Source of the DNA: Octopus bimaculoides
Lineage: Eukaryota
Length of the DNA: 41,359 nt
Assembly: GCF_001194135.2 (NCBI RefSeq)
Contig: NC_068982.1
Location: forward strand, 128,266,959 to 128,308,317
Direction of reading: 5' to 3'
In this document: one piece after another, positions 1-11,957 of the stretch
How positions within the stretch are numbered: position 1 is the first letter of the stretch
How the letters are laid out: the number at the start of each line of letters is the position of its first letter
Program-made: the position numbers and the translations under genes
The notes under the pieces: generated by a model
What the model was told of the DNA's origin: nothing
Databases searched by the model: none
What the model saw: the letters and a program-made list of their open reading frames with translations, nothing else

Positions 1-76
<76 letters not shown>

Positions 77-420
77 CATCATTTAACAACCGCTTTCCAT
101 GCTGGCATGGGTTGGACAGATTGACATGGAGCTGGCTGGCTGGCAGGGAGCTGTCCAAACTCCAGTTGTCTGTTTTGACATTGTTTCTATGGTTGGATGC
201 CCTTCCTAACACCAACCACTTAACAGTGTGCTGTGTGCTTTTTATGTGCCACTGGTACGGGTGCGGTTATGCAGCACCAGCGCAAGTGCTTTTATGTGAC
301 ACCTACACCTGAAAGGACAAGCCTGTATGTATGGAAGCCAGCAATTTTACTTAGCTTGACATTTCTTATCAAGTACAACCAATTGCCACATCTCCCAGTC
401 CCTTGTCACGAGCTTCTTTT
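77..420 (-). mobile_element. 3' end of RTE-clade LINE (last codons, 3' UTR and (GAT)n tail)
   Basis: Minus strand reads TRDWEMWQLVVLDKKCQAK*, similar to the RTE C-terminus at 40328-40546. It is followed by the CCCATGCCAGCATGGAAAGCGG...ATGATG terminus shared with other copies. Confidence 0.75.
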
Positions 421-570
421 AGTTTATATCTACCAAATTCACTTACAATGCTTCAGTCAGCCTGGGACTATAGTGGAAGATACTTGCCCAAGATATCATG
501 CAGGGTGGGGTGAACCTAAAATTATGTGGTTGGAAAGTAAAATTCTAAACTACACAACCAAGCCTGCACC
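421..570 (-). mobile_element. Degraded tRNA-derived SINE 5' half (family A/B head)
   Basis: Similar to the head of the copy at 576-981 (cttgcccaag, ctatagt(a/g)gaaga motifs). Confidence 0.6.
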
Positions 571-575
571 TAATG

Positions 576-771
576 TACTCTTTTTTACTCTCTCTTTTAC
601 TTGTTTCAGTCATTTGACTGCAGCCATGCTGGAGCACCGCCTTTAGTCGAGAAATTTGACCCCAGGACTTATTCTATCAGTCTTTTTTTGCCGAACCCTT
701 AAGTTATGGGGACATAAACACACCAGCATCGGTTGTCAAGTGATGGTGGGGGAACAAACACAGACACACAA

Positions 772-817
<46 letters not shown>

Positions 818-981
818 GACGGGCTTCTTTCAGTTTCCGTCTACCAAATCCACTCACAAGGCTTTGGTCGGCCCGAGGCTATAGTAGAAGACACTTGCCC
901 AAGGTGCTACGCAGTGGGAATGAACCCGGAACCATGTGGTTTGTAAGCAAGCTACTTACCACACAGCTACTCCAGTGCCTA
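576..981 (-). mobile_element. Near full-length tRNA-derived SINE, family A, with internal (AT)n/(AC)n
   Basis: Head ...CCACATGGTTCCGGGTTCA(T/G)TCCCACTGCG...CCTTGGGCAAGTGTCTTCTACTATAGCC and tail GTCAAATGACTGAAACAAGTAAAAGA. Homologous copies at 2675-3066, 4201-4625, 11100-11455 and 32700-33145. Confidence 0.85.
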
Positions 982-1019
982 TACTTGAAAAAAAATAAAA
1001 AGAAATTGAGAGTGTAAAG

Positions 1020-1600
1020 ATTCCTTTGCTGATTCATCCAATGACAGACTTGTTAGCTAAAACCAACAAGTTATATTTTTTTATTTGAAGAGCTGAATAA
1101 AGGTATTTTTACAAGGTTACAGAAAACAGCTGTGTGGACTAGTAATTATTCATATTACATTCACTCGGGAATGTAGGTTTTTAGATAGCTGCTTTACAGG
1201 AACTTGGATTTCATTTTATAGCTTGAGATCAAAAATAATAAAATTGAAAGTTAGTGTGAACAGAAATATACTTGTTTACTGTTCAGAATTAAACCAGGAG
1301 AAGTTATCGTTTTTGTAAGTTGAGAAGAGGAGCTGAACTCTAAGAAGGTGAATAGAGATATCGTTGAGATAGAGATCTCTGGGTTAACAGTGTCAAAAGG
1401 ATACTTAACATGTGAGAAGCAGCTGGATAGAAATAGTACAACACAGACTTAGTATATGTGAGTGTGTAAAAGGCGTATACCATCTAATTCTATTATTTAA
1501 TGAGATACTTCATGGTCACACTAATTGCATAGGTGGAGTCAGCATAAGCAAATTAGGCATAAGTTTATATTACTTCAATGACCTGATAAAAGTGAGATGT
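1020..1600 (-). pseudogene. Highly degenerate CR1/Jockey-type LINE reverse-transcriptase fragment
   Basis: Minus strand has FAYAD(D)ST-like, NPE- and LYKA-like remnants in the order seen in LINE RT, with many stops and frameshifts. Confidence 0.45.
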
Positions 1601-1606
1601 CAGATA

Positions 1607-1733
1607 CTAGGGGTGTATGAAAAGTTTTGAGCCTGCAAGGCCTTTGAGACTTGAAGCCTTTCTTGTACCTTCATCAGAAGTTTTGTACCATGTTTTGTTT
1701 TTTTGAGGCTCAAGACCTTTCATACACTCCTCA
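1607..1733. mobile_element. Tc1/mariner-type MITE, 127 bp
   Basis: TIRs (c/t)(t/g)agg(g/a)gtgtatgaaa(a/g)gt(t/c)ttgagcct at both ends, flanked by TA at 1605-1606 and 1734-1735. Confidence 0.75.
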
Positions 1734-2054
1734 TATATATATATAACCAACTAGCAAAATGCATATTTGAATTAACATGTTAAAGGCACACATTTGAATG
1801 CATAAATATAAAGGAAGTATGCATATACTTATTTTATTGAATTTTTATATCTTAGCATTAGAAATATTTTTTTTTTTTTAAAAAAGAAAGATTAATAATA
1901 GCTTTTTACAAAATAAAATGAAAATGAAATATATATATTTCTTTATTCATAAAAGTCAATAATCTATCTTGTGTAATATGTGGGCGTGTATATAAAATTG
2001 AAGTAATATATACTTTTAAATGCAGAATTAGGATATGGTTGAGAAGGAATACCA

Positions 2055-2383
2055 ACAATTCAGCAAATAGACAATTCAGTGCATAGACAATTCAGTGCAT
2101 GAAATATATGCAATTTATTATTACATTATATTGGTGTTGGTTGTATATCTAATGCACACGCAACCTACAAACACAGCAGTCATAGAATAGATTAGCTATA
2201 CATACACAAAAAGCATACATATAAATGAAACAAACACCAGCAAAAAAAAAAAAAAAAAAAAAACAAACAAACATATACACACACCTATACAAAATAACCT
2301 TTACCTAAATTCAATAAGATGCCCTGCACTGAATTGTTTATATGCTGAATTATCTGGTGCTAAACTGTCAGGTGCTAAATTGT
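2055..2383. mobile_element. Foldback/MITE-like element with subterminal arrays of a 15-16 bp motif
   Basis: Three direct ACAATTCAG(T/C)GCA-like units at 2055-2100 and four inverted units (TGCACTGAATTGT and variants) at 2325-2383. Confidence 0.6.
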
Positions 2384-2599
2384 TGCATCACAAGTAGAGA
2401 TACAGATTGGGTCAGATATATTTGAGAAGTAGAATGGGAGTGATGTTTACTACCTACAACTATGTAAATTAGAAACTAGGAATCAAAATCAGACTAAATA
2501 CTTATCAGAATATTAAAGATCATAATACCCACCAGCATATCAAAACCCAATTGAAAAAAAAAACATATGCAATGACAAATAACATTTGAATACCAAGTA

Positions 2600-2867
2600 C
2601 AGTAATCACTCGCCATATCGAGGTTCACCGATTGTGCCCTTGTGCCCTCAGTACATGGATTTTTCTGGTTAGTATACTCTTTATTCTTTTACTTGTTTCA
2701 GTCATTTGACTGCAGCCATGCTGGAGCACTGCCTTTAGTCGAGCAAATCGACCCCAGGACTTATTCTTTGTAAGCCTATTCTATCGGTCTCTTTTGCCAC
2801 ACCGCTAAGTTACGGGGACGTAAACACACCAGCATCAGTTGTCAAGTGAAGTTGGGGGGACAAACAT

Positions 2868-2920
<53 letters not shown>

Positions 2921-3557
2921 AGACGGGCTTCTCTCAGTTTCCATCTACCAAATCCACTCACAAGGCTTTGGTTGGCCCGAGGCTATAGTAGAAGACACTT
3001 GCCCAAAGTGCCACGCAGTGGGACTGAACCCAGAACCATGAGGTTGGTAAGCAAGCTACTTACCACATTTATATCACAGTATATGTAAATTTATATCACA
3101 GGCACCTCAGTATATTGTAGGTTTCTGTGGCCATTATATATTTATATTATAAATTTTAGTTATTTCTGTGGTAAAATAAGCATTTTCACACCTGTAAATT
3201 AATAAATAAAAATACAGTACAGATTGAGATCCCCAGATGATTCATGTGCTGCAGTTCAGAAATGCAATCGATGGGGCCATGGAAGTTTATAAAAACTTTA
3301 CAAAGAAGAAAAGCCAGCGCCAGCAACTACCCAGCACTATGTTCCTCACCCGCAAAAAAAAGAGAAGACATGGGTACTCCTAAGGGTACAGGGGAGAGTT
3401 TATAAAAGCTTAAATATAGAAAAATAATAAAATAAATATAAACAAATTATAAAAATAATCAAAAAATATACAGTACAGTACTGTTTCAACGTTATGGATT
3501 TTCACCTATCGCGGGGCATTTTGGAACATAACACCCACAATAGTTGAGGGATTACTG
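2600..3557 (+). mobile_element. Deleted pogo/Tigger-like DNA transposon with a nested SINE
   Basis: TA|CAGTAATCACTC ... GAGGGATTACTG|TA (12-bp TIR, 1 mismatch). Internal remnant DPQMIHVLQFRNAIDGAMEVYKNFTKKKSQRQQLPSTMFLTRKK near 3228-3360 resembles Tigger transposase C-termini. Confidence 0.75.
2675..3066 (-). mobile_element. SINE family A nested in the Tigger-like element
   Basis: Collinear with 576-981. Confidence 0.85.
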
Positions 3558-4200
3558 TATATAGAACAATTTTTCTCTCTCAATCTTAAGTGTACACATA
3601 TGATCATTTTAAAATCCACTGCTTACATATACACGTAACTGGTTTTATTTCAGTTTCCAGCCATAAAAACTTTTCGTAAAGCTTTGGTCAGCTAAGGGAT
3701 ATAGTAGAAGACACTTACCCAAGGTGCCATGCAGTGGGACTAAACCTGAACTCATGTGGTTGAGAAGCGAACTTCTATAACACACAGCCACATGTATGTT
3801 AATATGTGTGTATGCATGCAACTTTGATCAAGCCAGTATCGCCCGACATCTTCACAGAGATTTGGTAATTGTAAACAAAATTAAAGCCCCACTGTTCATA
3901 CAGATGGTGTGGTTTTCCTGCAGTTCACCACATAACTATGTCTTGGCTGTTTAGTATTCAATACACTAGGAGATCATTAGTGATGGTTGGCATCGGGAAG
4001 GTCATCCAGCCACAGAAACTGCTTCAATGTAGCATCCTCTAATCCATGCAAGCATGGGAAAATAGATGTTAGAATGATGGTAATGAATATATCAGATATG
4101 TACAATGGTATCACAAAATTCCGCCTTGCAGTACAGCAGCTGATAAAATACAGCCGATGCAATGTAAATATTAGCTCATGTCTCAAAAAGGTAATCTTTA

Positions 4201-4421
4201 TTTCATCTTTCTTTTATTTGTTTCAGTCATTTGACAGCAGCCATTCTGGAGTACCACCTTGAAGGGTTTTTAATCAAACAAATTAACCCCAGGGCTTATT
4301 TTTTATTAAGCCTAATATTTATTCTATCAGTCTCTTTTGTGGAGCTGTTAAGTTTCAGGGATGTAAACACACTAGCACCAGTTGTCCAGCAGTGATTGGG
4401 GGGGGGGGAGCAAACACAACG

Positions 4422-4473
<52 letters not shown>

Positions 4474-4625
4474 GCTTCTTTCAGTTTCCATCTACTAAAT
4501 CCACTCACAAGGCTTTGGTTGGTCCCAAGGCTATAGCAGAAGACACTTGCCCAAGGTGTCACACAATGAGATTGAACCCAGAACCATGTGGTTGGGAAGC
4601 AAGCTTCTTCAACACAACCATACCT
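4201..4625 (-). mobile_element. SINE family A
   Basis: Collinear with 576-981, with internal (CA)n. Confidence 0.8.
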
Positions 4626-4801
4626 AATATATACACGTCTTTGCAAGAGTAAGCCCTGAATTTTATCTTTCCATGTTATTTTTTCACACAAACTTTTGTT
4701 ATAGTTGTAATTAATTTTTAATCATAAGCATTCTTAGTGAAAATTACTTCACTTAGATTAGTAAATAAGATGTCTCCTGTAAAGCATGAGAGTATTTTCT
4801 A

Positions 4802-5200
4802 CAGGTGTGGCTGCATGGTAAGGTTTTGCTTCCTAACCACATGATTCTGGGTTTAGTTCCACTGCTTTTCATTTTGGGCAAAAGTCTTCTATTATAGCCT
4901 TGGGTGGACCAAAGCCCTGAATGGATTTCATAAATGCAAACTGAAAGAAACTTGTGTGCATGTGTGTGTGTGTGCATGTCTCCTTGATATCGCATAGTAG
5001 TTGAAAACGAATGTCTCCTTCATTCAGGCAGTGTCCTTTGTTCCTAATCTTCTATAAAAAAAACATGTCTGGTCATGGAAAAATATTACATTACTTGGAA
5101 ACAGTTAAGTGTTGATAACAGGAAGGGCATCCAGCTGTAGAAAACCTGCCTCAGCAAAATTCAGTCTGACCCATGCAAGCATGGAGAATGAATATTGAAA
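4802..5200 (+). mobile_element. SINE family B (family A head with an RTE-type 3' tail)
   Basis: Same tRNA-like head as family A, ending GAAGGGCATCCAGCTGTAGAAA...GACCCATGCAAGCATGGAG. Related copies at about 7728-8135 and 8922-9345. Confidence 0.7.
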
Positions 5201-5360
5201 CAATGATACAGATGATATATATACATACACATATTATATATATGTGTGTGTGTAGATATACACACACATGTACACATACATAAACACACTCTACAAGGAA
5301 AAAATTCAAAGAAAATTCAAAGAAAACCATAGCTGTAAACTGACTGTAGATTACACTCAC

Positions 5361-5375
5361 ATGAAAGATTTGAAT
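5361..5375 (-). CDS. Candidate 15-nt microexon (IQIFH)
   Basis: cctttctttag|ATTCAAATCTTTCAT|gtgagt. Phase 0/0, after an 84-nt intron following the Ig exon. Confidence 0.35.
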
Positions 5376-5459
5376 CTAAAGAAAGGATTTAAACATCCAC
5401 TAAAACGTATAACTCTATGAACAAAAACTGAAATGAAAAGGTAAAGAAAATTGTCTTAC

Positions 5460-5655
5460 TTTATATTTTTCACTTTGTTCAATGACTTTGCCATATCTTT
5501 CCCAACGTAAGTTGCCTTTTCCTTCAAATGATGCCTTGAACTTGGCTGGTTTACCAACATCACCAAATTGCTTTCTGGGTTTAACAATAAATTCAGGTCT
5601 TTTTTCATCTGTTGCTGGCCTGGGAGTCACTGCTGGAGTTTCCACATCTTCTGTC
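5460..5655 (-). CDS. Internal exon encoding a linker and the N-terminal half of an I-set Ig domain of a giant muscle/cytoskeletal protein (twitchin/titin/obscurin/MLCK-like)
   Basis: Acceptor tttttttag|G and donor AAA|gtaaga. 196 nt, phase 2 in, phase 0 out. Peptide TEDVETPAVTPRPATDEKRPEFIVKPRKQFGDVGKPAKFKASFEGKGNLRWERYGKVIEQSEKYK has the I-set pattern P-x-F-x-x-K-P ... A-x-F ... W-x-x-x-G-x-x-I ... K-Y. Confidence 0.85.
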
Positions 5656-6192
5656 CTAAAAAAATGTATAAAGCAATAGACACAAGCTTTTAGATATGCC
5701 TTTCACCACAACCAATATTCTATATGGCATGATCAGAGATTAGCAAAGCTTCCTACTGAATGTAAAATAAAAACAATTTCAGTAATCTCTAAAAGAACAA
5801 GACTATTTCATTAGGATGGTACTATCCACCTGAAAGGAAAATTTAGAAAAGGGGTGGACAAGGAGACTTATTTTTGCAGCTGCTCTTAATTGAGTCTAAA
5901 TACTTATGGTACTTCAGATAAAGCCAAAGACAGGCTCACATATTTCATTTCTTCATTTAACATCTATTTTTCCATGTAAGTGTGGGTTGGACTGGGACAC
6001 ATTTGGGGAAAGCCTTTATGGCAGGGTGCTCTGCCTGTCACTAACTCTTACACATTTTTTTCAATTAAGAAATTGATTTTATTCCAAAGGGCTTTGAAAG
6101 CACAAAACAACTACTTGTAATGTTAACCCGTTATATAAACATACTGCCATCTCACTAAAGTGAAGTTGTGGGATATCAACATTCTCATATAT

Positions 6193-6423
6193 TATTTCTT
6201 TATTACCCACAGGGGGCTAAACATATAGAGGACAAACAGGGACAGACAAGCGGATTAAGTTGATTACATCAGCTCCAGTGCGTAACTGGTACTTATTTAA
6301 TCGACCCCAAAAGGATGGACAGCAAAGTCAATCTCAGCAGAATTTGAACACAGAATGTAACGGCAGCCAAAATACCACTAAGCATTTCGGCTAGCATGCT
6401 AACGATTCTGCCAGCTCGCCGCC
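6193..6423 (-). mobile_element. tRNA-derived SINE family C, full length
   Basis: GGCGGCGAGCTGGCAGAA head, GTTCAAATTC B-box-like motif, AATAAAGAAATAA tail. Homologous to 20694-20924 and degraded 29168-29355. Confidence 0.85.
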
Positions 6424-6451
6424 CTCATACATTCTCGTACATTTGTGCACA

Positions 6452-6499
<48 letters not shown>

Positions 6500-6961
6500 T
6501 TATAGGCTTCCTACAGTTTCTGTCAGCCAAAATTACGAAGTAGAAGGCACTGCCCAAGATACAGTGCAATGGAAATGAACCCCAAAATACTTGAATGCAA
6601 CAGGAACTTTTAATACTACAGCTGTCCTTGCATCTTTACAAAATTTAATTTTCAGTGTAATGTCACGACAAATGAAACGTAAGTTACATTCAAAATTGGA
6701 AGAAAAAAAACTCAAACATTCAAAATAATACAGCAAATAGTCTCAGGTTAAAATTTGCAACAAAACAATTGAGTATGAAAGGGATATTGTTTAAAGCAAT
6801 TGGAGAAGTTTCATCAAGTACAACAGAGACTGGCATCAACAGTCTGTAATACTTGGTTGATATTTTATGATCAATAATTTTCCCAATCAACCATAGAGAA
6901 TGCAAGGAAGAGGAAAATTGCACTTTGATAAAGAATGAATACTGAATTGATGAAATAGTAT

Positions 6962-6996
<35 letters not shown>

Positions 6997-7394
6997 ATGA
7001 TATATAATTTATGTAAACTGTGCTTGTAAGGTTTACAGTTGAAACTAGAGTTCTTACATGTAAATAACACGAATTAATAGCATTCATTACTCAGGACATT
7101 CATGAAAAGAAGTGGAATGGTTGCAATCAAGAAATTTAAAAACAATTATGAAGTCCATTAGCTGTAAGTTAACCTCAATCAATGAAGTTCACTGCCTGCC
7201 TGCCTGCATACGCACACATTTGTATTTGTACATGCATAATATTTAGTGTAGTGTAGGTGTGTGTGTGTGTGTCTGTGTGTGTGTGCACGCACATCTCGTC
7301 CTCCATTTTTCAGAGAGTAAGAGATGTAATGGGGATTTGGTTGCTAGTTCAATCAGGCTGAGCAGCCATGTTAGAGCAGGCAATCACACAGATG

Positions 7395-7600
7395 ATCCCT
7401 TATTAACTCAAATGACCTCGTTAAGGACCCTTCAGTAGTTCAAGAAATCATATGGAAGATCTCTTTTGCTTAAGTGACCATATAAAAAAACCTATTATTT
7501 TAAGTAACCACATAATGGATCCCTCAGGTGTTCAAAAGAACATGTTGATGGTGCTTCCTTAGTTCAAGTAATCACATAGAAAACTCTTCATTACCCTGCA
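7395..7600. repeat. Degenerate ~32-bp tandem repeat
   Basis: Recurrent TTCAAG(T/A)AA(C/T)CA(C/T)ATA...GA(T/C)CC(C/T)T motif, roughly six units. Confidence 0.5.
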
Positions 7601-7727
7601 GAGCCAATAGATTACAAGGGCAAATTAGGTTTCTAGTATGTGATGGCTAGCATGTTAATTGTGAAATGGTTATTGGATTTGGTTCCTTTCCATAGTTTCA
7701 TAAATAATTCTAATATTCTTCATATAC

Positions 7728-8135
7728 AGGCACAGGCATGGAAGTGTGGTTAAGAAGCTTGCATCCTAACCATTTGGTCTTGGGTCCAGTCTCATTGCCT
7801 GACACCTTGGGTAAGTGTCTTCTATTATAGCCCAGGGCTGACTAAACCGTGTGAATAGATTTATAAATGGAAATTTTGAGAACCCTGTTGTGTGTGTGTG
7901 TACTCTTATCTTGCATACTCTTATCTTGACATCATGCGGTCATTGTAAATGAGCATCAATGAAACAAGTGATGTTGTACATTTCCAGTCTTCCATGAAAA
8001 ACGTCTGACCATAGGGGAATATTAACTTGCTTCGAAACAGGTCGGTGTAGGCAGCAGGAAGGTTGTAAAAAATCTGCCTCCGGTTTCATCTGAACCATGC
8101 AAGCATGGAAAAACGAATGTCAAATGATCATGAGG
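7728..8135 (+). mobile_element. SINE family B
   Basis: Head gtgtggttaagaagcttgc...accttgggtaagtgtcttct and RTE-type tail gaaccatgcaagcatggaaaa. Confidence 0.7.
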
Positions 8136-8921
8136 ATTTCAAACTTTCAAAAGAAAGAACTGCTATTAATTCATATTATTTACATGTCAGGACTCTGGTT
8201 TCAATGTCAAACTTTCATAACACACTTTGCATAAATAATATATGCAACACTTTTATCAATCCAGCATTTTTATACATTATCTTGTTGGGATAAAAAAACA
8301 TTTTCCACCCTTAGAAACGTATGTTATTTCACATTCCAGTTTTTTCATTTTCCTCATTTCTTTCTCACACCTCTCTCTCTCTCTAAACATTCATTGTGTT
8401 GAAAACAGTCAATTTAAAGGAGTGGCTGCTCTCTACCAAAACCTCCTGCACTATATATATACAACAGAGAGGAAATAATATTTAAATAGCTAATACATCT
8501 GATAATAACAACTGTATAAACACTATATGTGCTTAACTAATTCAGAACATAGTAAAAAAAAATAGTGTCAGGTAGGCAAGTTCGCTGTTCTTAGGTTAAC
8601 CTAATTAATTAAGGTTAAGAAGTAAGAACAATGAAAACAACAAAAGTTATGATCTAGATGCAGATATATAAAACTGACATATGCACACGTGTAGGAAGTA
8701 AATACCTATGCAGGCCTTACTGCTAGCAAAGATAAGTAAAGAATCTGAATAAAGAATCTAAAATACAGTGCTCAGATAATAGTTCTAGGTAGGTTGCAAG
8801 AAACTAGTCCAAATCAAAGAGCAATTACTTTTATGCTGCCCAATAGCAGAACAAGGAAGACATCCTCAAAATTGAATTACAAGAACATCATAGACACAGG
8901 TATAGTTGTGAGGTTAAGTAG

Positions 8922-9345
8922 GTTGCTTCACAACCACAGTGTAGTTTCTAATTTGCTCCTGCTACATGGCATTGTGGGCAAGTGTCATCTACTACAACCT
9001 TGGGCTGATCAATACTTTGAGAGTGTAAAAAGGTAGCCAAAATCTGTATGAAAGTTCATCTGTATGTGCGTGTTAGTGCAGTTCCATTTGTGCTTTGTTG
9101 CTTTCACACTGTATAAAATAATGTCACTGATGCATAGGTAGTATCACTCTTCACCTCCATTGCAAATATGTGTCTACCTGTCGAACAGTTATAATTCAAA
9201 ATACAATGGGACTAAGTACATTACTTGGAAATAAGTAAAGTTTGGCAACAGGAAGGGTATCTGGGTATAGAAAAACTGACTCAGTAAGTCACATCCAAAC
9301 CAGGCTAGCATGGGAAAAGCAGGCATTAAAACGACGATGATGATC
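8922..9345 (+). mobile_element. SINE family B, degraded
   Basis: Same head. Tail ctagcatgggaaaagc...ttaaaacgacgatgatgat. Confidence 0.6.
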
Positions 9346-9734
9346 ATCATCATCATTGCTGTTAAGAACTCAGGACTGCATAACAATTATTCTGATGGTA
9401 CAAGAAAAGAATTTTATGGAAATAATACAAAAGCATAGTCCCTCTTCTAAATGAAATCAACATTACAATAAACACCAAGACAGACTCAGAAGAATAGGCC
9501 CTTTAACATATATATCTGAGGAATAATGAATCTTATGTAAAAAAGCAATAAAATAAAATAGGTAATACTTTTTTTTAAAAGAGAAAATAAAAGACACTCG
9601 CATATAAAACTGCTTCCACAGCCAATGTCATGTAAAAGGCATACAGAACACTCTGTGAAGTGGCAGGTGTTAGGAAAGGCATCCAGCCATAGAAACCAAA
9701 GTAAAACAGACATTGAGGCTTGGCACAGTCCTCT
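9341..9734. repeat. Source copy of a ~394-bp inverted duplication
   Basis: Reverse complement matches 11565-11959 with about 5 substitutions, one 2-bp indel and one extra GAT unit. Confidence 0.95.
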
Positions 9735-9829
9735 AGCTTGTTGGCTTTTATCAAACCATCCAACCTATGCCAGTATGGAAAACAGATGCAAATCCAGAGA
9801 ATGGCAACTTGACTGGCATAAAATCAGTC

Positions 9830-10000
9830 ACACACTACAACCTCTGGCCAATCATGTACTGCCACCTCTTTTTGCTTTGTCTATCAGTACTATTATGGCC
9901 TCTGTTCCTCAGAAGTGACTGATCAAGAAATCCTTTCCTGTAAGCATCAATCTGCAACTTTCAGAGGAAGCTTAAATCTCACTGACACCACCAGAGAGCC
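9830..10000 (+). mobile_element. CR1/Jockey-type LINE 3' fragment
   Basis: LQPLA...YYYGLCSSE remnant. DNA motif ctattatggcctctg is shared with about 18250-18262 and the minus strand of 26076-26090. Confidence 0.55.
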
Positions 10001-11099
10001 TGCAAAGGAACCATGGACACTGCTTCTTCCTCCAGACTGTTTGCTTAAGAAGCTTGCTTTGCATCATAGTTTCAAGTTCATTCCCATGGGGTTTCAGGCT
10101 GAGCCTCACAGCCCAGTACTTTGGGAAAGTGTCTGCTATTATAGCCTAAGGTCAACCAATGCCTTGTAAATTAATTTGGTAGATGCAAACTGCGAGGAAG
10201 CCCATTGTGTGCATGCGTGTATATGTCCATGTGTGTATATGTGCATGTGTGTTACACATCGCCAATTAAGAACCAGTGTTGGTTTGTTCATGTCACAAGA
10301 GAATAAGTACGAGGCTTGAAAAGAGAAATAATTACTGGGACTGATTTGTTTAACTAAAACCCTTCAAGGCAGCACCAGAACATGGCCGCAGTCAAATGAC
10401 AAGCAAGTAAAAGATATGCTTATGTGAACATGTAATAATAAAGCTAAGTATTTAATAAAGAAAAACAAAGCTAATTTCAGAGGAATTTGAACTCAGAACA
10501 TCAAGAGTCATAACTAAATACAATAAGATGCTCTGACGAGCCTATCGATCCACTTGTCCTGAGAGTAGAGTATAACTAACAAGTGACTGGTTAGCTTGCA
10601 GTGTTAATTCAAATGCTTAGCTGCCAGCAACTGTACTAATGGTTACTGTGCAAAAAAATCATCCCATGTTAACTTCATCATGCTTAGACATCTGCAAACA
10701 GTTGGATATTTTAGTTAATTACAAGAAACATTTATAACAAAGCTCAGTGAACAATAAGTTAGAACCTTGCATTACTTTTGAGATAACAGATTACACACAA
10801 AAAGATGGTAGGTGAATGTAACCTGTCTAAATTTGTAAAAGTACTGATAGGTGTAGACATGGCTGTGAGGTTGAGAAGTTTGCTTTACAACTGTGTGGTT
10901 TAGGGTTTGGCCCCAGTGTGCTACTTTGCGCAACTGTCTTCTACCTCACATTGACGAATGTCTTCTGAATAACCTCACATACAGATAGATTAATAGATAC
11001 ATACACATAGTGAAATGGTAGATATTTTTTTTTTAACTTCCCGTTTTTCACATGGTGAATTGTAATGAAAAATATAAAAAAAGAAGGAAAGTTCTTTTA

Positions 11100-11455
11100 T
11101 TGTTTCATTCATTTACTTGTTTCAGTCATTTGACTGCGGCCATGCTGGAACACCACCTTTAGTTGAACAAATCAACCCGCGGAGACTTATTCTTTGTAAG
11201 CCTAGTACTTATTCTATTGGTCTCTTTTGCTGAACCGCTAAGTTACGGGGACATAAACACACCAACATTGGTTGTCAAGTTACAGTGGGGGGACAAACAC
11301 AGACACACAAACATATATATACAATGGGCTTCTTTCAGTTTCTGTCTGCGAAATCCACTTACAAGGCTTTGGTCGGCCCGAGGCTATAGAAGAAGACACT
11401 TGCCCAAGGTGTCACACAGTGGAACTGAACCCAGACTTATGTGGTTGGGAAGCAT
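11100..11455 (-). mobile_element. SINE family A
   Basis: Collinear with 576-981. Confidence 0.85.
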
Positions 11456-11557
11456 GTGCCTATAAAATGCGCAAAAGTTTTATGTTGGACAAAAATTTTA
11501 ATGTTTTTATGAAATAATATATTTACCTTTTTGACCGGTTTTACTAGCACTAATCAT

Positions 11558-11957
11558 GACTAAGAGAGGACTGTGCCAAGCCTGAATGTCTGTTTTACTT
11601 TGGTTTCTATGGCTGGATGCCTTTCCTAACACCTGCCACTTCAGAGTGTTCTGTATGCCTTTTACATGACACTGGCTGTGGAAGCAGTTTTATATGCGAG
11701 TGTCTTTTATTTTCTCTTCTAAAAAAAAGTATTCCCTATTTTATTTTATTGCTTTTTTACATAAGATTCATTATTCCTCAGATATATATGTTAAAGGGCC
11801 TATTCTTCTGAGTCTGTCTTGGTGTTTATTGTAATGTTGATTTCATTTAGAAGAGGGACTATGCTTTTGTATTATTTCCATAAAATTCTTTTCTTGTACC
11901 ATCAGAATAATTGTCATGCAGTCCTGAGTTCTTAACAGCAATGATGATGATGATGAT
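11558..11957 (+). mobile_element. TSD-flanked insertion copied from 9341-9734 (putative local retrocopy)
   Basis: CACTAATCAT occurs at 11548-11557 and 11958-11967. The insert ends in ATGATGATGATGATGAT. Confidence 0.75.

Noticed and set aside
656-4691. YIYI/HTHT/CVCV-rich ORFs
   Set aside because: Translations of (AT)n and (CA)n tracts inside SINEs.
11565-11957. ADAR editing signature frozen in the putative retrocopy
   Set aside because: Differences in the presumed RNA sense are T>C (3), C>G and A>C. There are no A>G changes.
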